Shown here piece after piece: positions 12,274 to 23,041 of a stretch of DNA of 64,000 nt; position 1 is the stretch's first letter; each line of letters starts with the position of its first letter. The notes beneath the pieces were generated by a model that had not been told where the DNA came from, ran no database searches, and saw only the letters and a program-made list of their open reading frames with translations. The translations under genes were made by a program, and so were the position numbers. The DNA is from a virus (lineage: Duplodnaviria; Caudoviricetes), in IMG/VR virus record IMGVR_UViG_3300002220_000322, positions 38,860 to 102,859 of that record; one strand, 5' to 3'.

Positions 12274-13659
12274 TACTTAATTCCGCTATCTCCAAAACCA
12301 GTTAATCCTCTTGTACTTTCCGGAAGAGTTTCTACTTCCTTCCATTCTATTGTTTCAAATTTAGATAATACTGCTTGTGCAATTCTATCTCCTTGTGCAA
12401 TCTCAAATACTTCCTCTCCTAAATTAATAAGTATTACTCCCCAAAAATTTCTAAAACCCATTTTGTTATCGTAAAGACTCTTTATTCTTTACCTCTGCAA
12501 TTTCATTTGTTATAGTTGCAGTTCAGACTATATCATCAGTAATTACTTACTGCAAGGCGCTCGTGTTAGTATCATCATCCACAGCATTGTCTGTTGGGAT
12601 TAAACTATTAGTCGTTGAACCTTCAAAGATATTACTATCTAAGCTTGGCTGCTGATTGTCTACTTCTAGATTTTCCAGCAATTCACCTTGTTTTAAGACG
12701 CCAGTTATATTATGCAATATTGTATGTTCTGATCTAGTTAAAATTTGTAAATTATCTAATCTATTGTCCGATTTAATTTCATTAATATGATGAACATCAT
12801 AATCATCCTTTAATACATAAAAGTTATTTATAAGTTCAAAGTATTCTTTATTAAATAACCTATAATTTTTTTCTATAATTAATCTATGTTGTCTAATTCT
12901 TCCATGTGTATTACACTTAGGATGATTTGGACAATATTCATAGATATAATCATGATGTATTATTTCTAGTCCTTTATAAGAATTATTAAGTTCTCCTTTT
13001 AAACCAAATTGATGATTTCCTTCACCAGACATATAATTAGATTTTAATTTACTTGCACAATTAACTGAACAAGTAATATCATTTTTTACTCTTTTTATTC
13101 TAGATTCTTTTAAATACATTTTTATACCACACACCGCACATTCACAGTTTGGTGTTTTATTAAATTTCTGCCATTCTTCATAACATTTATATGAACAAAA
13201 TTTAGCAGGAAACTTTTTTGTATTTATTACATAATCTTCTTTTTCACAAATTTCACATTTCATAACTTTAGATTTTTAATTATATCCAAAGATACGAATT
13301 ATTATCATGAAAAATTATAAAATTTAGAAATTTGTGAATTAATCCTGGAACCGTTGTTTAGCGTCTATAGTACCAGGTGTATTAAGTACAGTTACTCCTT
13401 CTTTAACAGCTAAACCACTTCTTGGTCGTATCTGAACTTCAAATCCTTCAGGGACAGCGGCCATTATATTAGTAGGTACTAATGCCCTACCTCCTGGAAA
13501 GATAAGTAAAACCTGTCGATCTGAGTCAAAGTCAGAAAAATGGAACCATTTATCTGAAAGACCTCTAGAAAAATCTGCTCTAAGATCCATACCAGCATCC
13601 CCCGGATTAGTATATTTTGGTAGTTCGTTATTACTTTTATTTATTACAGGTATTTGCAT
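12273..13659 (-). CDS. dut: dUTPase, spliced (exons 13659-13360 and 12458-12273; 161 aa)
   Basis: AGMDL, RPRSGLA, GTIDA|GFR, RIAQ and RGLTGFG motifs are restored by removing the intron. Confidence 0.92.
12459..13359 (-). mobile_element. group I intron in dut
   Basis: Exon ends in U, intron ends in G. R element GTTCAACGACTA and S element GATATAGTCT present. Confidence 0.9.
12547..13263 (-). CDS. intron-encoded HNH homing endonuclease
   Basis: Zn-ribbon repeats and [20 protein letters not shown]. The C-terminus overlaps the intron core. Confidence 0.9.
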   Translation of the reverse strand: MKCEICEKEDYVINTKKFPAKFCSYKCYEEWQKFNKTPNCECAVCGIKMYLKESRIKRVKNDITCSVNCASKLKSNYMSGEGNHQFGLKGELNNSYKGLEIIHHDYIYEYCPNHPKCNTHGRIRQHRLIIEKNYRLFNKEYFELINNFYVLKDDYDVHHINEIKSDNRLDNLQILTRSEHTILHNITGVLKQGELLENLEVDNQQPSLDSNIFEGSTTNSLIPTDNAVDDDTNTSALQ

Positions 13660-13931
13660 TATATTAGTGTTTTTAAGTTATATTCAATTTCTTTTTCCCA
13701 ATCGGGATTATTTTCTGACCAAATAGCCATAATATCTTTTAAATTTTCATCTTGAAAAATAATAAGAGGGAGATTCCTCGTACCATGCTCTTCTTGCATT
13801 TTACGAAGAGTCCCCCTTTTCTTATATTTATTAAAATTAAACAATTCAATATAAGCCTTATTATTAAACTTTTGAACGACATCTATTATGAAACTAGTTT
13901 CGTTATCATATAAGACTTTAATAGTTTTCAT
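13659..13931 (-). CDS. hypothetical protein, possible thioredoxin-like fold without CxxC
   Basis: ORF with [10 protein letters not shown] resembling the cis-Pro loop. Confidence 0.45.
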   Translation of the reverse strand: MKTIKVLYDNETSFIIDVVQKFNNKAYIELFNFNKYKKRGTLRKMQEEHGTRNLPLIIFQDENLKDIMAIWSENNPDWEKEIEYNLKTLI

Positions 13932-14692
13932 TATACTCCTAATAAATTATTAACTATTACAGTTTTTTCAAATTTATTTAGAATATCTTTAGTATCATTT
14001 GTTAACATTTGGGTAAAACTACCATAAATGTCAAATAAAGTAGGGTCCATTCCTTCAGGAATATAATATTCACTATCTTGGTTTATAAACAATTCCTTAT
14101 AAGCATTTATAGGAGTACTTGCGGATATTTTGACTTTACCAAAGCCATAATCTTCATACTCTCTTAGGGAATAGTCTACCCATTCACCTAGATACCGCTT
14201 TCTTTCATCCCTAGATAAATAAGTTTCTTTTAAAGTTTTTAAAAATCCAGGAAATGTATTTTGATACTCTAATAACTCCTTAATGGGATTTATGTTTATA
14301 GGTTGTCCTGGAATTAAATCTTGGGTATTTAAAAGAGTAGGAGAAAATACACATAGATTTGTACATGCTCTGTTTAAGTATCCCCTATATAATTTAACTA
14401 CTGGTTTTCTAACATCAATGCCATATAAAAACCCAATAACCTCATCATGATTATCTATACAATATTTTTCAGGCAATACTGCTTGTATTAATACTCTATT
14501 ATATGTGATATCTTCTTTATTTTTAGTCTTAGTTACTTGTTCTGGAAGAACTACTTGAATTCTAAAATCATCAGTAAATTTAGACATTTTTTCGATAAAG
14601 GGTTCTGTATAAATTTTAGTGGAAAAAAACTCTTTATCTTTTATGATTGTTTCTTTACCTTGAAACAATTCTGCTATTGAAATATTATTCAT
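13931..14692 (-). CDS. DUF932-like phage protein
   Basis: GYLNRACTNL motif and T.FDIYG near the C-terminus. Confidence 0.55.
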   Translation of the reverse strand: MNNISIAELFQGKETIIKDKEFFSTKIYTEPFIEKMSKFTDDFRIQVVLPEQVTKTKNKEDITYNRVLIQAVLPEKYCIDNHDEVIGFLYGIDVRKPVVKLYRGYLNRACTNLCVFSPTLLNTQDLIPGQPININPIKELLEYQNTFPGFLKTLKETYLSRDERKRYLGEWVDYSLREYEDYGFGKVKISASTPINAYKELFINQDSEYYIPEGMDPTLFDIYGSFTQMLTNDTKDILNKFEKTVIVNNLLGV

Positions 14693-14987
14693 ACCATTCA
14701 GCTAATGTTCTTAAATCAATCAATCCATAACTTTCCCAAAAAGAAGTCATTTCCTTATAAGTTTCTTCTGAAACTTCCCTTATAATAAGAGAATTTATTA
14801 GTTCTTCATAAGACTTAAAATTAATATATTCATTTGCACCAAAATAAATTTCTACATCATCACTAATGTCTAAAGAAGACATTCTTTCTTTCCATAATGT
14901 AAATTTATCTTCTGTAGTAAACCACAATACTGGAACATCAAATTCATCTGCCCAGCAAAGATTCATTTCTATTAATACATATTTCAT
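14685..14987 (-). CDS. hypothetical protein
   Basis: ORF in operon. Confidence 0.55.
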   Translation of the reverse strand: MKYVLIEMNLCWADEFDVPVLWFTTEDKFTLWKERMSSLDISDDVEIYFGANEYINFKSYEELINSLIIREVSEETYKEMTSFWESYGLIDLRTLAEWYE

Positions 14988-16390
14988 AATAATAACCTTC
15001 CTTCAAATATAGAATTTCCTATTAATATATCATAATCTAAACAAGCCTGAGTATTTCCAAAGTTTTTATGTATCCATTCAGAAGAACCAAAGAAAGATCC
15101 TACAGATTTATATCTAAATTTCTTGGCATATGTAGTAGCCGTTTGATGTAAATCTCCTTTAATAAAATGGATAGTGCCATTTAATTTATTATAATCTATT
15201 AATTCAGAAATTTGATTTTCTGTTCTATCATTTAAAACTAAAGGTAATCCTTTAAACATATCTTTTGCGTCTTTTCCGTGAGAAAGTAAGAAAATATGAT
15301 CTTTTACCTCAAAAGAATCAATAAACTTATTAAATACTCTAGCCGTTAAATTAGGAATTCTAGAAGGCAGTAGATATTCTAATACTTTGTTGGCCATATA
15401 CCCTGCATCACCATCATGATTTCCTCCTTCTACTGCTATATATTGTATAGAACTAAATTTTCCAGAGACTGCCAAACTATCAAACAACTCAACAATAAGT
15501 TTTATAAAATTATTAAATTGTTCTTTATTATTCATATTTTGTGGGAGAGTATGTCCTCTTCTTGTAGTTTGTCCGTCCATACCATCTAATGAATCTCCTA
15601 AATTACATACTATAATATTAGTAGCATTAAAGTTATAAGCATCTTCAATTAACTTAGTGATTATTTTAGCCATTCTAGTTCTAGCTACTTCATAATCAAA
15701 TTTATTTTCGTATAAAGAAAATGGAGAAACATCTGCTCCTATATGCATATCACTTAAATATACTATAATAGTATTATCAGTAGCTAAGGTAGGGGTCGAA
15801 TAGGTTATCTTAGTTTCTATATTTAACTCATTGAGAAATGAAGAAAAGTTTATTACAGATTCTTGCAAATCTCTGTGTTTTTTTCTTAATTCGTTATAAT
15901 CCTGTTCTAATTTTTTAGACCTGTTTTGTTCTAGTCTTTTTAGGAAATTATTATCTTTATTTTGATAATATAGTTCCTCCATTTGTTCATATGTATGTTC
16001 TTCCTTTATATGAGGGGCAAATGGAACACAATCTTTAGTAATATTAAAGGCTCTTAATATTTTTTTAAAATCTCTGAAAGTAAAATGAGGAAAATATCTT
16101 GAAGCAGCCCTTTGAGTAAGGTTAGCTCCTTCATTAGAGTATAGATTATAGATTAAATTCATCTCTTCTCTAGAAAGTTCTCCTTCCAAAGTTGGCTTAT
16201 CTCTTACAAGAATTTTAAATTTATACCCCTTAATGGGATTTTTTACTTCTCCATTAATAGTAATTGTTTTTTCTGAATCTCTTATAATTTCTGTATGATT
16301 TCTTTCACTCATGCTTTCATCATAGGAGGCATCATAATTTACTTCTTCGGGATTATTTTCAGAAAGACTATTTTGATTTAATTCACTCAT
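14984..16390 (-). CDS. metallophosphoesterase-domain protein with N-terminal coiled coil
   Basis: SDMHIG, GDSLDG, GNHD, HG and GDLH motifs. Confidence 0.8.
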   Translation of the reverse strand: MSELNQNSLSENNPEEVNYDASYDESMSERNHTEIIRDSEKTITINGEVKNPIKGYKFKILVRDKPTLEGELSREEMNLIYNLYSNEGANLTQRAASRYFPHFTFRDFKKILRAFNITKDCVPFAPHIKEEHTYEQMEELYYQNKDNNFLKRLEQNRSKKLEQDYNELRKKHRDLQESVINFSSFLNELNIETKITYSTPTLATDNTIIVYLSDMHIGADVSPFSLYENKFDYEVARTRMAKIITKLIEDAYNFNATNIIVCNLGDSLDGMDGQTTRRGHTLPQNMNNKEQFNNFIKLIVELFDSLAVSGKFSSIQYIAVEGGNHDGDAGYMANKVLEYLLPSRIPNLTARVFNKFIDSFEVKDHIFLLSHGKDAKDMFKGLPLVLNDRTENQISELIDYNKLNGTIHFIKGDLHQTATTYAKKFRYKSVGSFFGSSEWIHKNFGNTQACLDYDILIGNSIFEGRLLL

Positions 16391-16444
16391 TTATAAGACT
16401 TTTGAAGCAGTTACGCTGTTAATGATGTTACTTTTTTTAATAAT

Positions 16445-16478
16445 GAAAAAAAGGCCAGTAGTAAATACTACTGACCTA
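16445..16478 (-). terminator. intrinsic terminator
   Basis: Minus-strand hairpin AGGTCAGTAGT...ACTACTGGCCT followed by a U-run. Confidence 0.7.
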
Positions 16479-16493
16479 TCTAGAATTGTTTGG

Positions 16494-17078
16494 TTATTCA
16501 CGGGTGAAGAAGATAAACTTACCCATTTTTGCTGATTTTGAAGGAGTATATTTACCATAAGAGGCATATTTTTGTCCTTCAGTTACTTCTTTTACAATCT
16601 CAATCACATAATCTTTTTTGTTAGCTTCAATAAGCTCTTTCATTTTCTTTACAGCTACGTCTTTTTTCTCTGCCTTAGCTTCTACAGCTCCTACAGATAA
16701 TACCTCAACTGTTACCTCAACAGAGGTTTCTCCTTCTTCATTTACTACTGGACGTTCCTTAGTTTTAAAAGTACCTTCTTTAATTTGATAGGTAGTTTTA
16801 GTTTTCCTTTTTCCATGAGTAGCCTCGTTAATTACATTATAAGGACGTAACCTTGAATCATCAGTTGCGGGATCTACAACTAAATATGCACCCATAACTT
16901 TATGTTCCTTAATATAATTCTCCATGAAATTTTTCAATTCTTTAGAATTTACAGGAGAACCTTTACGTTTCCATGACTGAGTTGCATTTTTCAAATCTTC
17001 TAATTCAACTTCTAAATTTGTTGATTTCAGTGCTTTTTCTTTTGAATAACCTTGTGCTTCTACGATTTTCATATTCAT
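16494..17078 (-). CDS. hypothetical protein (own promoter and terminator)
   Basis: Long ORF with an upstream TATCTTTG box. Confidence 0.7.
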   Translation of the reverse strand: MNMKIVEAQGYSKEKALKSTNLEVELEDLKNATQSWKRKGSPVNSKELKNFMENYIKEHKVMGAYLVVDPATDDSRLRPYNVINEATHGKRKTKTTYQIKEGTFKTKERPVVNEEGETSVEVTVEVLSVGAVEAKAEKKDVAVKKMKELIEANKKDYVIEIVKEVTEGQKYASYGKYTPSKSAKMGKFIFFTRE

Positions 17079-17136
17079 TTACATTTTTAAAATTTTAATA
17101 AAAAATATCTGGTAAGTCTATCATCTAAATACTATA

Positions 17137-17144
17137 CAAAGATA
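17137..17144 (-). promoter_or_regulatory. Bacteroidota-type -7 promoter box
   Basis: TATCTTTG matches TAnnTTTG and lies in an intergenic gap. Confidence 0.6.
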
Positions 17145-17189
17145 CATACTTAAATTGAATAAAACAATAAAAAGTATGTTAATAAATTG

Positions 17190-18107
17190 TTAAATTGACA
17201 TTGATTTATATTTTCCCTTAACTTCAGTATAATCTTGTTTATGTATTGTATGTAAGATTTTACTAAAAGCTTCATCTATAGAATATTCTAAAAGGAAAAT
17301 ACAAATATAAAGTTCTTTTAAATCTGCTAGGGAAAGGCCCTCACTTCTAACTACTAGTTCTTCCAATTTAGTGTCAGGAACTCTCTTAAATTTAAAATAT
17401 TCTCTCCTAACTACTTCATTTGGATAATCTATAGCTATCCTTAAATCTATTCTACTAGGTCTTAAATAAGTATCATCAAGTTCTTCAGTGTTATTACTAG
17501 TAGCAATGATAACATGATGTTCTATTTGAAGCTTTCCATCGAGAAAATCTAATAGATACGATTCATAATCTGAATATTCATCTATATCCTCCAGTATAGT
17601 TATAATAGGAGTAGTGGGCTGAATTTTTCTAAAACTATTTTTTAAAAAAGAAATATAATGAACTAAATTACTAGGACCCTCTACTTTAAATACTATTCCC
17701 CCAGATTTTATAATTCTGTCTGAAGCAAGAGATATAATAGAACTTTTACCAGTTCCAGGATATCCTTCTAATAAAATACCTCTTTTATGAACTAGTTTAT
17801 TTTCTTTATAAAGATCTGATTTTTTCCAAAATAAATCTATTTCTGATAATAGAGTTTCTGTTTTAGAATCACTAAAGATAAATAATTCATCTGAACAAAC
17901 AGTTATTTGTTTGCAATAAATACCATAGTCCCTACTAAACTCTACAGAATATAATCCGGGGTCTAATTTACCTTGCACTTTAATATTAGTAGAGGGTCTA
18001 AAAATATCATCTTCTACTAACCACAAAGAAATGGGTTTATCTGACATAGGTCTTGTTGATACCTCATCAGCTTCTATAAAAAATATTGAGTCTAAAATGG
18101 AGTCCAT
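17190..18107 (-). CDS. AAA+ ATPase
   Basis: RGILLEGYPGTGKS, ILEDID, ATSN and LRPSRID. Confidence 0.9.
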   Translation of the reverse strand: MDSILDSIFFIEADEVSTRPMSDKPISLWLVEDDIFRPSTNIKVQGKLDPGLYSVEFSRDYGIYCKQITVCSDELFIFSDSKTETLLSEIDLFWKKSDLYKENKLVHKRGILLEGYPGTGKSSIISLASDRIIKSGGIVFKVEGPSNLVHYISFLKNSFRKIQPTTPIITILEDIDEYSDYESYLLDFLDGKLQIEHHVIIATSNNTEELDDTYLRPSRIDLRIAIDYPNEVVRREYFKFKRVPDTKLEELVVRSEGLSLADLKELYICIFLLEYSIDEAFSKILHTIHKQDYTEVKGKYKSMSI

Positions 18108-18514
18108 GTATTTAATATTTGTTTTATTTTATTTATTATTTCGTCAGAAGATTTTAAACCACAGCTATTTGCAGACTTATGTCCATAAGATAAATCTTCT
18201 ATAATTATTGAAAAATTTTCTAAAGAATTACTAAAGCTAGAAGATATATTAGGGCCTACTATTTTTTTAATTATATCAAAAGGAGTTATTTTAGGATTTT
18301 GTTCCTTAAGTTTTAAATAAGTAAGACAAAGCAACGATATTAAAACAAGAGTTTGTTCAACGCTATTACCTTCTATATATCCTATACTAAAGGATAAGTC
18401 GTGTAATTTCTTTTTATCTGCATACTCTAATTTATTTATCTCTTCACTTAGCTCTCTTATTTTAGAATAATTACTAGAATCCGATGGGTTATTTTTTAAC
18501 TGTTCATTTTCCAT
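18092..18514 (-). CDS. hypothetical protein
   Basis: ORF in operon. Confidence 0.6.
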   Translation of the reverse strand: MENEQLKNNPSDSSNYSKIRELSEEINKLEYADKKKLHDLSFSIGYIEGNSVEQTLVLISLLCLTYLKLKEQNPKITPFDIIKKIVGPNISSSFSNSLENFSIIIEDLSYGHKSANSCGLKSSDEIINKIKQILNTWTPF

Positions 18515-19548
18515 ATAGCAATATCAGTTAATAACTTTTTAAATTCTTGTATTCCTCTTTTTACATGAGCATTTTTAACTTTATATACTTTAGTCTGAAA
18601 ATTTGGCACAGTCTCTAAAACAACCATATTAGCATTAGTTTTATAAATAAGACCAAATTGTTGTTGTACAGCACATTGTGCTAACCAAGAATACAAAGCT
18701 ATCTGTCTATAATATCTATATTTCTGAAAAGACCCATCAAACCACTTCCAAACACTTTTATCTTCTTCTACTACTTTAACTCTATTACCCATAAAAAAGG
18801 TAATGGGTTTACTTGTAGTTTTTAAGTCATTTATAATTATGATATTATTATCATGATCTATTAACAAATTGTCAAGCTTACCTTTTATTTTAAGTATTAT
18901 ACTCCTGTCTCCTACGGTAACTTTAATATCACATAAAATAGCATACTCATTAAAAGACTCAATAGAACCTTTAAGTTGTTCAGGATATACAAATTTAGTA
19001 ACATCCGAATTATCTAAAGCAGTTTTTATACAAGAATAATATTTTGAATAATTACTATCAGATAAATAGATAGGACATTTACCAAAATTTTCCTTCCTTT
19101 CAATTTGCTCTTCGTGTCTAAGATAATGATAATATTTGAATCCTGTCTTTAAGGCTGTTTTTAATCTATTACTAGATAATTTTCCTTTGTAGTAATCTGC
19201 AGAAATAGAAGCTAGGTTTACACACTCTACAATACTATAGCCTAATTTTCTATTTTTAAATACCTCTTCTATAAATATACCTAATTTTCCGCCTGGCTTA
19301 ATAAATTTGGATATATAAAATAAATCTTTTTGAAGTAAGGATGCATGTATAGCACCTCCTAACTCAAAAGAAGAAGAATACTCAGATTTAAATCCTTCTT
19401 CAAATTTTTCTATAGAACCTCCTTCATCTGGGTTTATGAGACTTAACTTAGAATTAGATATATATTCTTTATACTGTTCACTAAAATATATAGCATCATC
19501 CATTTTAGTAAAGATAATGCTATCAGGAATTATTTCAATTTCCGCCAC
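18496..19548 (-). CDS. PD-(D/E)xK exonuclease (RecE/ExoVIII-like)
   Basis: SNSKL, G.AIH, KGKLD, DLKTT and YYRQIALY. Confidence 0.8.
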   Translation of the reverse strand: MAEIEIIPDSIIFTKMDDAIYFSEQYKEYISNSKLSLINPDEGGSIEKFEEGFKSEYSSSFELGGAIHASLLQKDLFYISKFIKPGGKLGIFIEEVFKNRKLGYSIVECVNLASISADYYKGKLSSNRLKTALKTGFKYYHYLRHEEQIERKENFGKCPIYLSDSNYSKYYSCIKTALDNSDVTKFVYPEQLKGSIESFNEYAILCDIKVTVGDRSIILKIKGKLDNLLIDHDNNIIIINDLKTTSKPITFFMGNRVKVVEEDKSVWKWFDGSFQKYRYYRQIALYSWLAQCAVQQQFGLIYKTNANMVVLETVPNFQTKVYKVKNAHVKRGIQEFKKLLTDIAIWKMNS

Positions 19549-20036
19549 AAATTTAATATATTATTTATATCGAGATCATATACTCGATAGGGTGTTTTAA
19601 TTTTCTGATTATGAGAGGCATCCATAAGTAAACAAAAAATACCATTAGAATGACATTCCCTAAAAGTTTCTACTTTATCGTCTATAAATATGTCACATTC
19701 TAATTCTTTTAAAACTTTTATCTTACTTTGTCCCCAAGAAACTTGATGAACATTACTTCTTCCCGGAATATTATTTAGTTTTAATGATTCTTTTGTCCAG
19801 GATTTGGGAATGCCTCTAGCGCTAACAAAACCTTTAGGTTTAAAATTAGGTCTATTTTTTAAAGATAAAGATAACCAAAATTCTTTTTCTTTGCTTAATT
19901 TTGTTAATCTTTTTTTAACAAGATTTGAATTTAACCAAGACTTAGGAACTTTAGTATTAAATCTATCGGCATATCCTTCGTACCAATTAAAAATAACATC
20001 ATCTATATCTAAATAAATATTGAGAGATTTTTTCAT
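19530..20036 (-). CDS. HAD-family nucleotidase-like protein
   Basis: LDIDDV and IFIDDK motifs. Confidence 0.75.
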   Translation of the reverse strand: MKKSLNIYLDIDDVIFNWYEGYADRFNTKVPKSWLNSNLVKKRLTKLSKEKEFWLSLSLKNRPNFKPKGFVSARGIPKSWTKESLKLNNIPGRSNVHQVSWGQSKIKVLKELECDIFIDDKVETFRECHSNGIFCLLMDASHNQKIKTPYRVYDLDINNILNLWRKLK

Positions 20037-20039
20037 AAT

Positions 20040-20354
20040 TTATAAAGTTAATTGTTCATAATCTTTAAAGTCTTCTAATTCTTTGCCTGTAATAACTTCT
20101 TCTATTGTATAATGAAAATACTCATCATAGATCATAGAAAGATGTTCTAATTCTTCAGGAGTTAACTCCTCATATTCTTTATATGGAAACTCCTCTTCAA
20201 GTACATATTCTTCACAACCAAAAGACTCAAAATTTTCATAAGCCAAAGTATTGGCAAATATTTCTATTTCATCTAATTCTTTATCTGTGGTTAGGACATA
20301 TGTATTATCCATACCGCACCAATTAGTGCTTACTGTTATTAAATATTTCTTCAT
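20040..20354 (-). CDS. acidic hypothetical protein
   Basis: ORF in operon. Confidence 0.55.
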   Translation of the reverse strand: MKKYLITVSTNWCGMDNTYVLTTDKELDEIEIFANTLAYENFESFGCEEYVLEEEFPYKEYEELTPEELEHLSMIYDEYFHYTIEEVITGKELEDFKDYEQLTL

Positions 20355-20680
20355 TAAAAAGTTTCGTATACTATGGTATCCATTTTATTTTCTAGAAAAG
20401 CAAGAGTTTCTGAAGTTATCCAAGGATATTCTGAAGTATCTTTAAGAACAGATAATTCATAATATAATGAAGAAAATCCATCTTCGTAGCCTTGTTTTAG
20501 TCCTACATAAGACCCTTCCTCAAATCCTTTATTGTAATACTCTACTGCAGAAGTAGAAATATCCTCCATAAGATCATTAATTTCAGGTTCTAATTCTTGT
20601 AACAATTTAGAAGAAAGGTCATAATCATCCTCTTCATATCCAAAATGTTTATTTAAAAATGAGGAAATAATATTAATCAT
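20354..20680 (-). CDS. hypothetical protein
   Basis: ORF in operon. Confidence 0.55.
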   Translation of the reverse strand: MINIISSFLNKHFGYEEDDYDLSSKLLQELEPEINDLMEDISTSAVEYYNKGFEEGSYVGLKQGYEDGFSSLYYELSVLKDTSEYPWITSETLAFLENKMDTIVYETF

Positions 20681-21098
20681 TTAAATAAGTTTTTAATAAT
20701 TCATAAAAAAATTCTTTGGGAATTATAGCAAATTCCCCCATTGAAGTAATATTTACATTACCTTCTTTTTTTTCTTGAGCATTTCATATAATGCATAAAG
20801 GTTTATCAAGTTTTCCTACCTCAGTATTTAATTTTTTAATACTAGGAGTAGTTTGAGTTTTTTTAAGTTGAAAATAACAAGGAAGAATTTTATCTTCGTC
20901 ATTTATATCTATTTTCATATCATCTAATTTTTTACTAGAAGATCTTGAGGTTGATATGTTTTCATTGCCTGTTAATTCTTTTAACTCATTAACTATTTGT
21001 CTTTCGTAAGCATTACCTTTATTTTTACTATAAGAACCTGCCTTTTTCTTTTTAGGCTTTTCTTCTGTTCATTCTTTTTCTATTTGTTTCTTTGCCAT
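20673..21098 (-). CDS. Hjc-like Holliday junction resolvase, 141 aa, two in-frame TGA (absent from the ORF track)
   Basis: MAKKQIEKE*TEE..KNKGNAYERQIVNEL..KIDI..FQLKKT..LCII*NAQ. Fills the gap between its neighbours exactly. Confidence 0.8.
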
Positions 21099-21100
21099 AA

Positions 21101-21298
21101 TTATTTCATCCATTCTGTAAAACCCTCTTCAATCGCTTCTAGGGGAGAGAGAGTTGGGTTAAGTTTCATAAATTTTAAAGCTGAAAATATCACCTCTATA
21201 TCTAATTCCTCTTCTCTAGCTATATCTATAAGTTCCATAATCTTATCATATTGTTCTGCGTCCCTCATACCTATTTCATCAAAAAATAAAAAATTCAT
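21101..21298 (-). CDS. hypothetical protein
   Basis: ORF in operon. Confidence 0.55.
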   Translation of the reverse strand: MNFLFFDEIGMRDAEQYDKIMELIDIAREEELDIEVIFSALKFMKLNPTLSPLEAIEEGFTEWMK

Positions 21299-22329
21299 TA
21301 AAATACATAAAAATGTTTTGTTTGTTTTATAGATTTATCATTAATTATTTGATTTAATTCTTCTACAATACTCCAAAATACATTAGAACTTACTTTTTTA
21401 TATAAATCACTAATATCTTTTGAATATTTTCTTTTAATAAATATACATCTGACTCCATAGTTTTTTATATATTTTTTAGCTCCTCTAACTCCAGCTAAAT
21501 CATTATCAAAGAAAACAAATATGTTTTGAAATTTATCTTTTATTTTCTCCATTTGAGATTCAGTCATTATAATATTTTCTGAGGTAGGAGCTATAGAAAT
21601 AAAGCCATATTCATGTAATAGTAATAAATCTTTCATAGATTTTATTATTATACAATGACTTCCTGCCTTTGGAAGTTGCTTACTTCCATGCCAATGTCTG
21701 GAGGTCCAATTACTAATAAATCTATATTTCTTTTTAGTAGGCATATATAGTCTCCAGAGCTCATCTCCGTTGGAATTCTTACCGCCGTAGTATCCATAAA
21801 TTGGAGATGAGTCTGTGAAACTATTAAAATAAACACCATTTAAAAATATATGTTTTATAGAATATACTCTAAACTTTTTAAGGGTTGTTAAGGATATTCC
21901 AAATGAACCCCACCAAGATAACTCTTTTTCAGAAAAATCTTTAATTTCTACTTGTATTATAGCTTTTTCAGTTTCTTTAATAATAGAACCTGTATAATTT
22001 AATTTAGGTTCGTTTATAGGATAATTCTCCATTTTTATATAGCCAAAATCGTTAGCTATAATATTTAGAGCTTTATAATAAGAAACATTAAAAATATACA
22101 TTACTATTGAAACAAAATCTCCAGAGATACCTGCAAAGTCTTTAAAAATTAAATCACCCCTTTTATTCTTATAGAAAGAACAAGTAGGATGATTATCTTT
22201 TCTTAAAACAGAAGGGCTTTTAAAAAGCCCTTTTTTGACAGGAACTCCTAAATAATGCTCAAAATAAGCCTCAGCAGGAGCTTTTTCTAATAAAAATTGT
22301 TTAGTTATTCTTGGCGGTAATTCAAACAT
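21298..22329 (-). CDS. DNA primase (TOPRIM)
   Basis: R.DNHPTCSF, FKDF, KSMKD, FDND.AG and KDISD. Confidence 0.85.
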   Translation of the reverse strand: MFELPPRITKQFLLEKAPAEAYFEHYLGVPVKKGLFKSPSVLRKDNHPTCSFYKNKRGDLIFKDFAGISGDFVSIVMYIFNVSYYKALNIIANDFGYIKMENYPINEPKLNYTGSIIKETEKAIIQVEIKDFSEKELSWWGSFGISLTTLKKFRVYSIKHIFLNGVYFNSFTDSSPIYGYYGGKNSNGDELWRLYMPTKKKYRFISNWTSRHWHGSKQLPKAGSHCIIIKSMKDLLLLHEYGFISIAPTSENIIMTESQMEKIKDKFQNIFVFFDNDLAGVRGAKKYIKNYGVRCIFIKRKYSKDISDLYKKVSSNVFWSIVEELNQIINDKSIKQTKHFYVF

Positions 22330-22340
22330 ATATTAAATTT

Positions 22341-23036
22341 TTATAATTTAAAAGATATATCTAGACCATGATCTACTTGTGGAGTTTCAAACATGGTAGT
22401 AGCATCTACCTCAGTGGGTTTAGCTGTTGTAGAATTTTTAATTCTATCTGCTTCATATGGAGTAAATGCAATTTTACTCCCGATAAAGTTATTTCTAATG
22501 TATGCTTTACCGTCTCTATTTACAGAAGCAAAAAATCCAGGAAAAATAGCTTCTCCTTTATTATTTTTAAGAAGTTTAATCTTAGTGACGGCCCCAATAC
22601 CGGGCTCCAATACAGCTGCCACAACTTTTCTTAGATCTTCCCAATTTTTAGCCTTAAGACTGGCTTCTCCTTTATCAATTTTACTTGCTACTGTAGGGTT
22701 GATACTATCTATAGCATGTTTAAGTAATAACATAAGGCTCTCAACTCCAGAAGGTTGAGGAATTTTTTCAACATTACCATTTTTATTAGTAAATTCTCTT
22801 TCTGTTCTTTGATATTCATCTTCTTTTGGTTCAAAGATTGTATGTTCGTATACTCCATCCTCATTAGAAAATTTTAATATTAAAACTTTGTATAATTGTG
22901 AAGGGTCTTTAACGCCTTGAATATCTTTAATTTCGCATCCATCAAATTTTACAGTGTAAATTTCATTACCCTCTAATCTAGGTTTAATAGAACTCTGAGA
23001 TGATCCTGCTGTATTGTCAAATGAAAAAAAGCTCAT
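22341..23036 (-). CDS. putative ssDNA-binding protein
   Basis: Replication context, beta-rich N-terminus and acidic/aromatic tail. Confidence 0.4.
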   Translation of the reverse strand: MSFFSFDNTAGSSQSSIKPRLEGNEIYTVKFDGCEIKDIQGVKDPSQLYKVLILKFSNEDGVYEHTIFEPKEDEYQRTEREFTNKNGNVEKIPQPSGVESLMLLLKHAIDSINPTVASKIDKGEASLKAKNWEDLRKVVAAVLEPGIGAVTKIKLLKNNKGEAIFPGFFASVNRDGKAYIRNNFIGSKIAFTPYEADRIKNSTTAKPTEVDATTMFETPQVDHGLDISFKL

Positions 23037-23041
23037 ATTTA

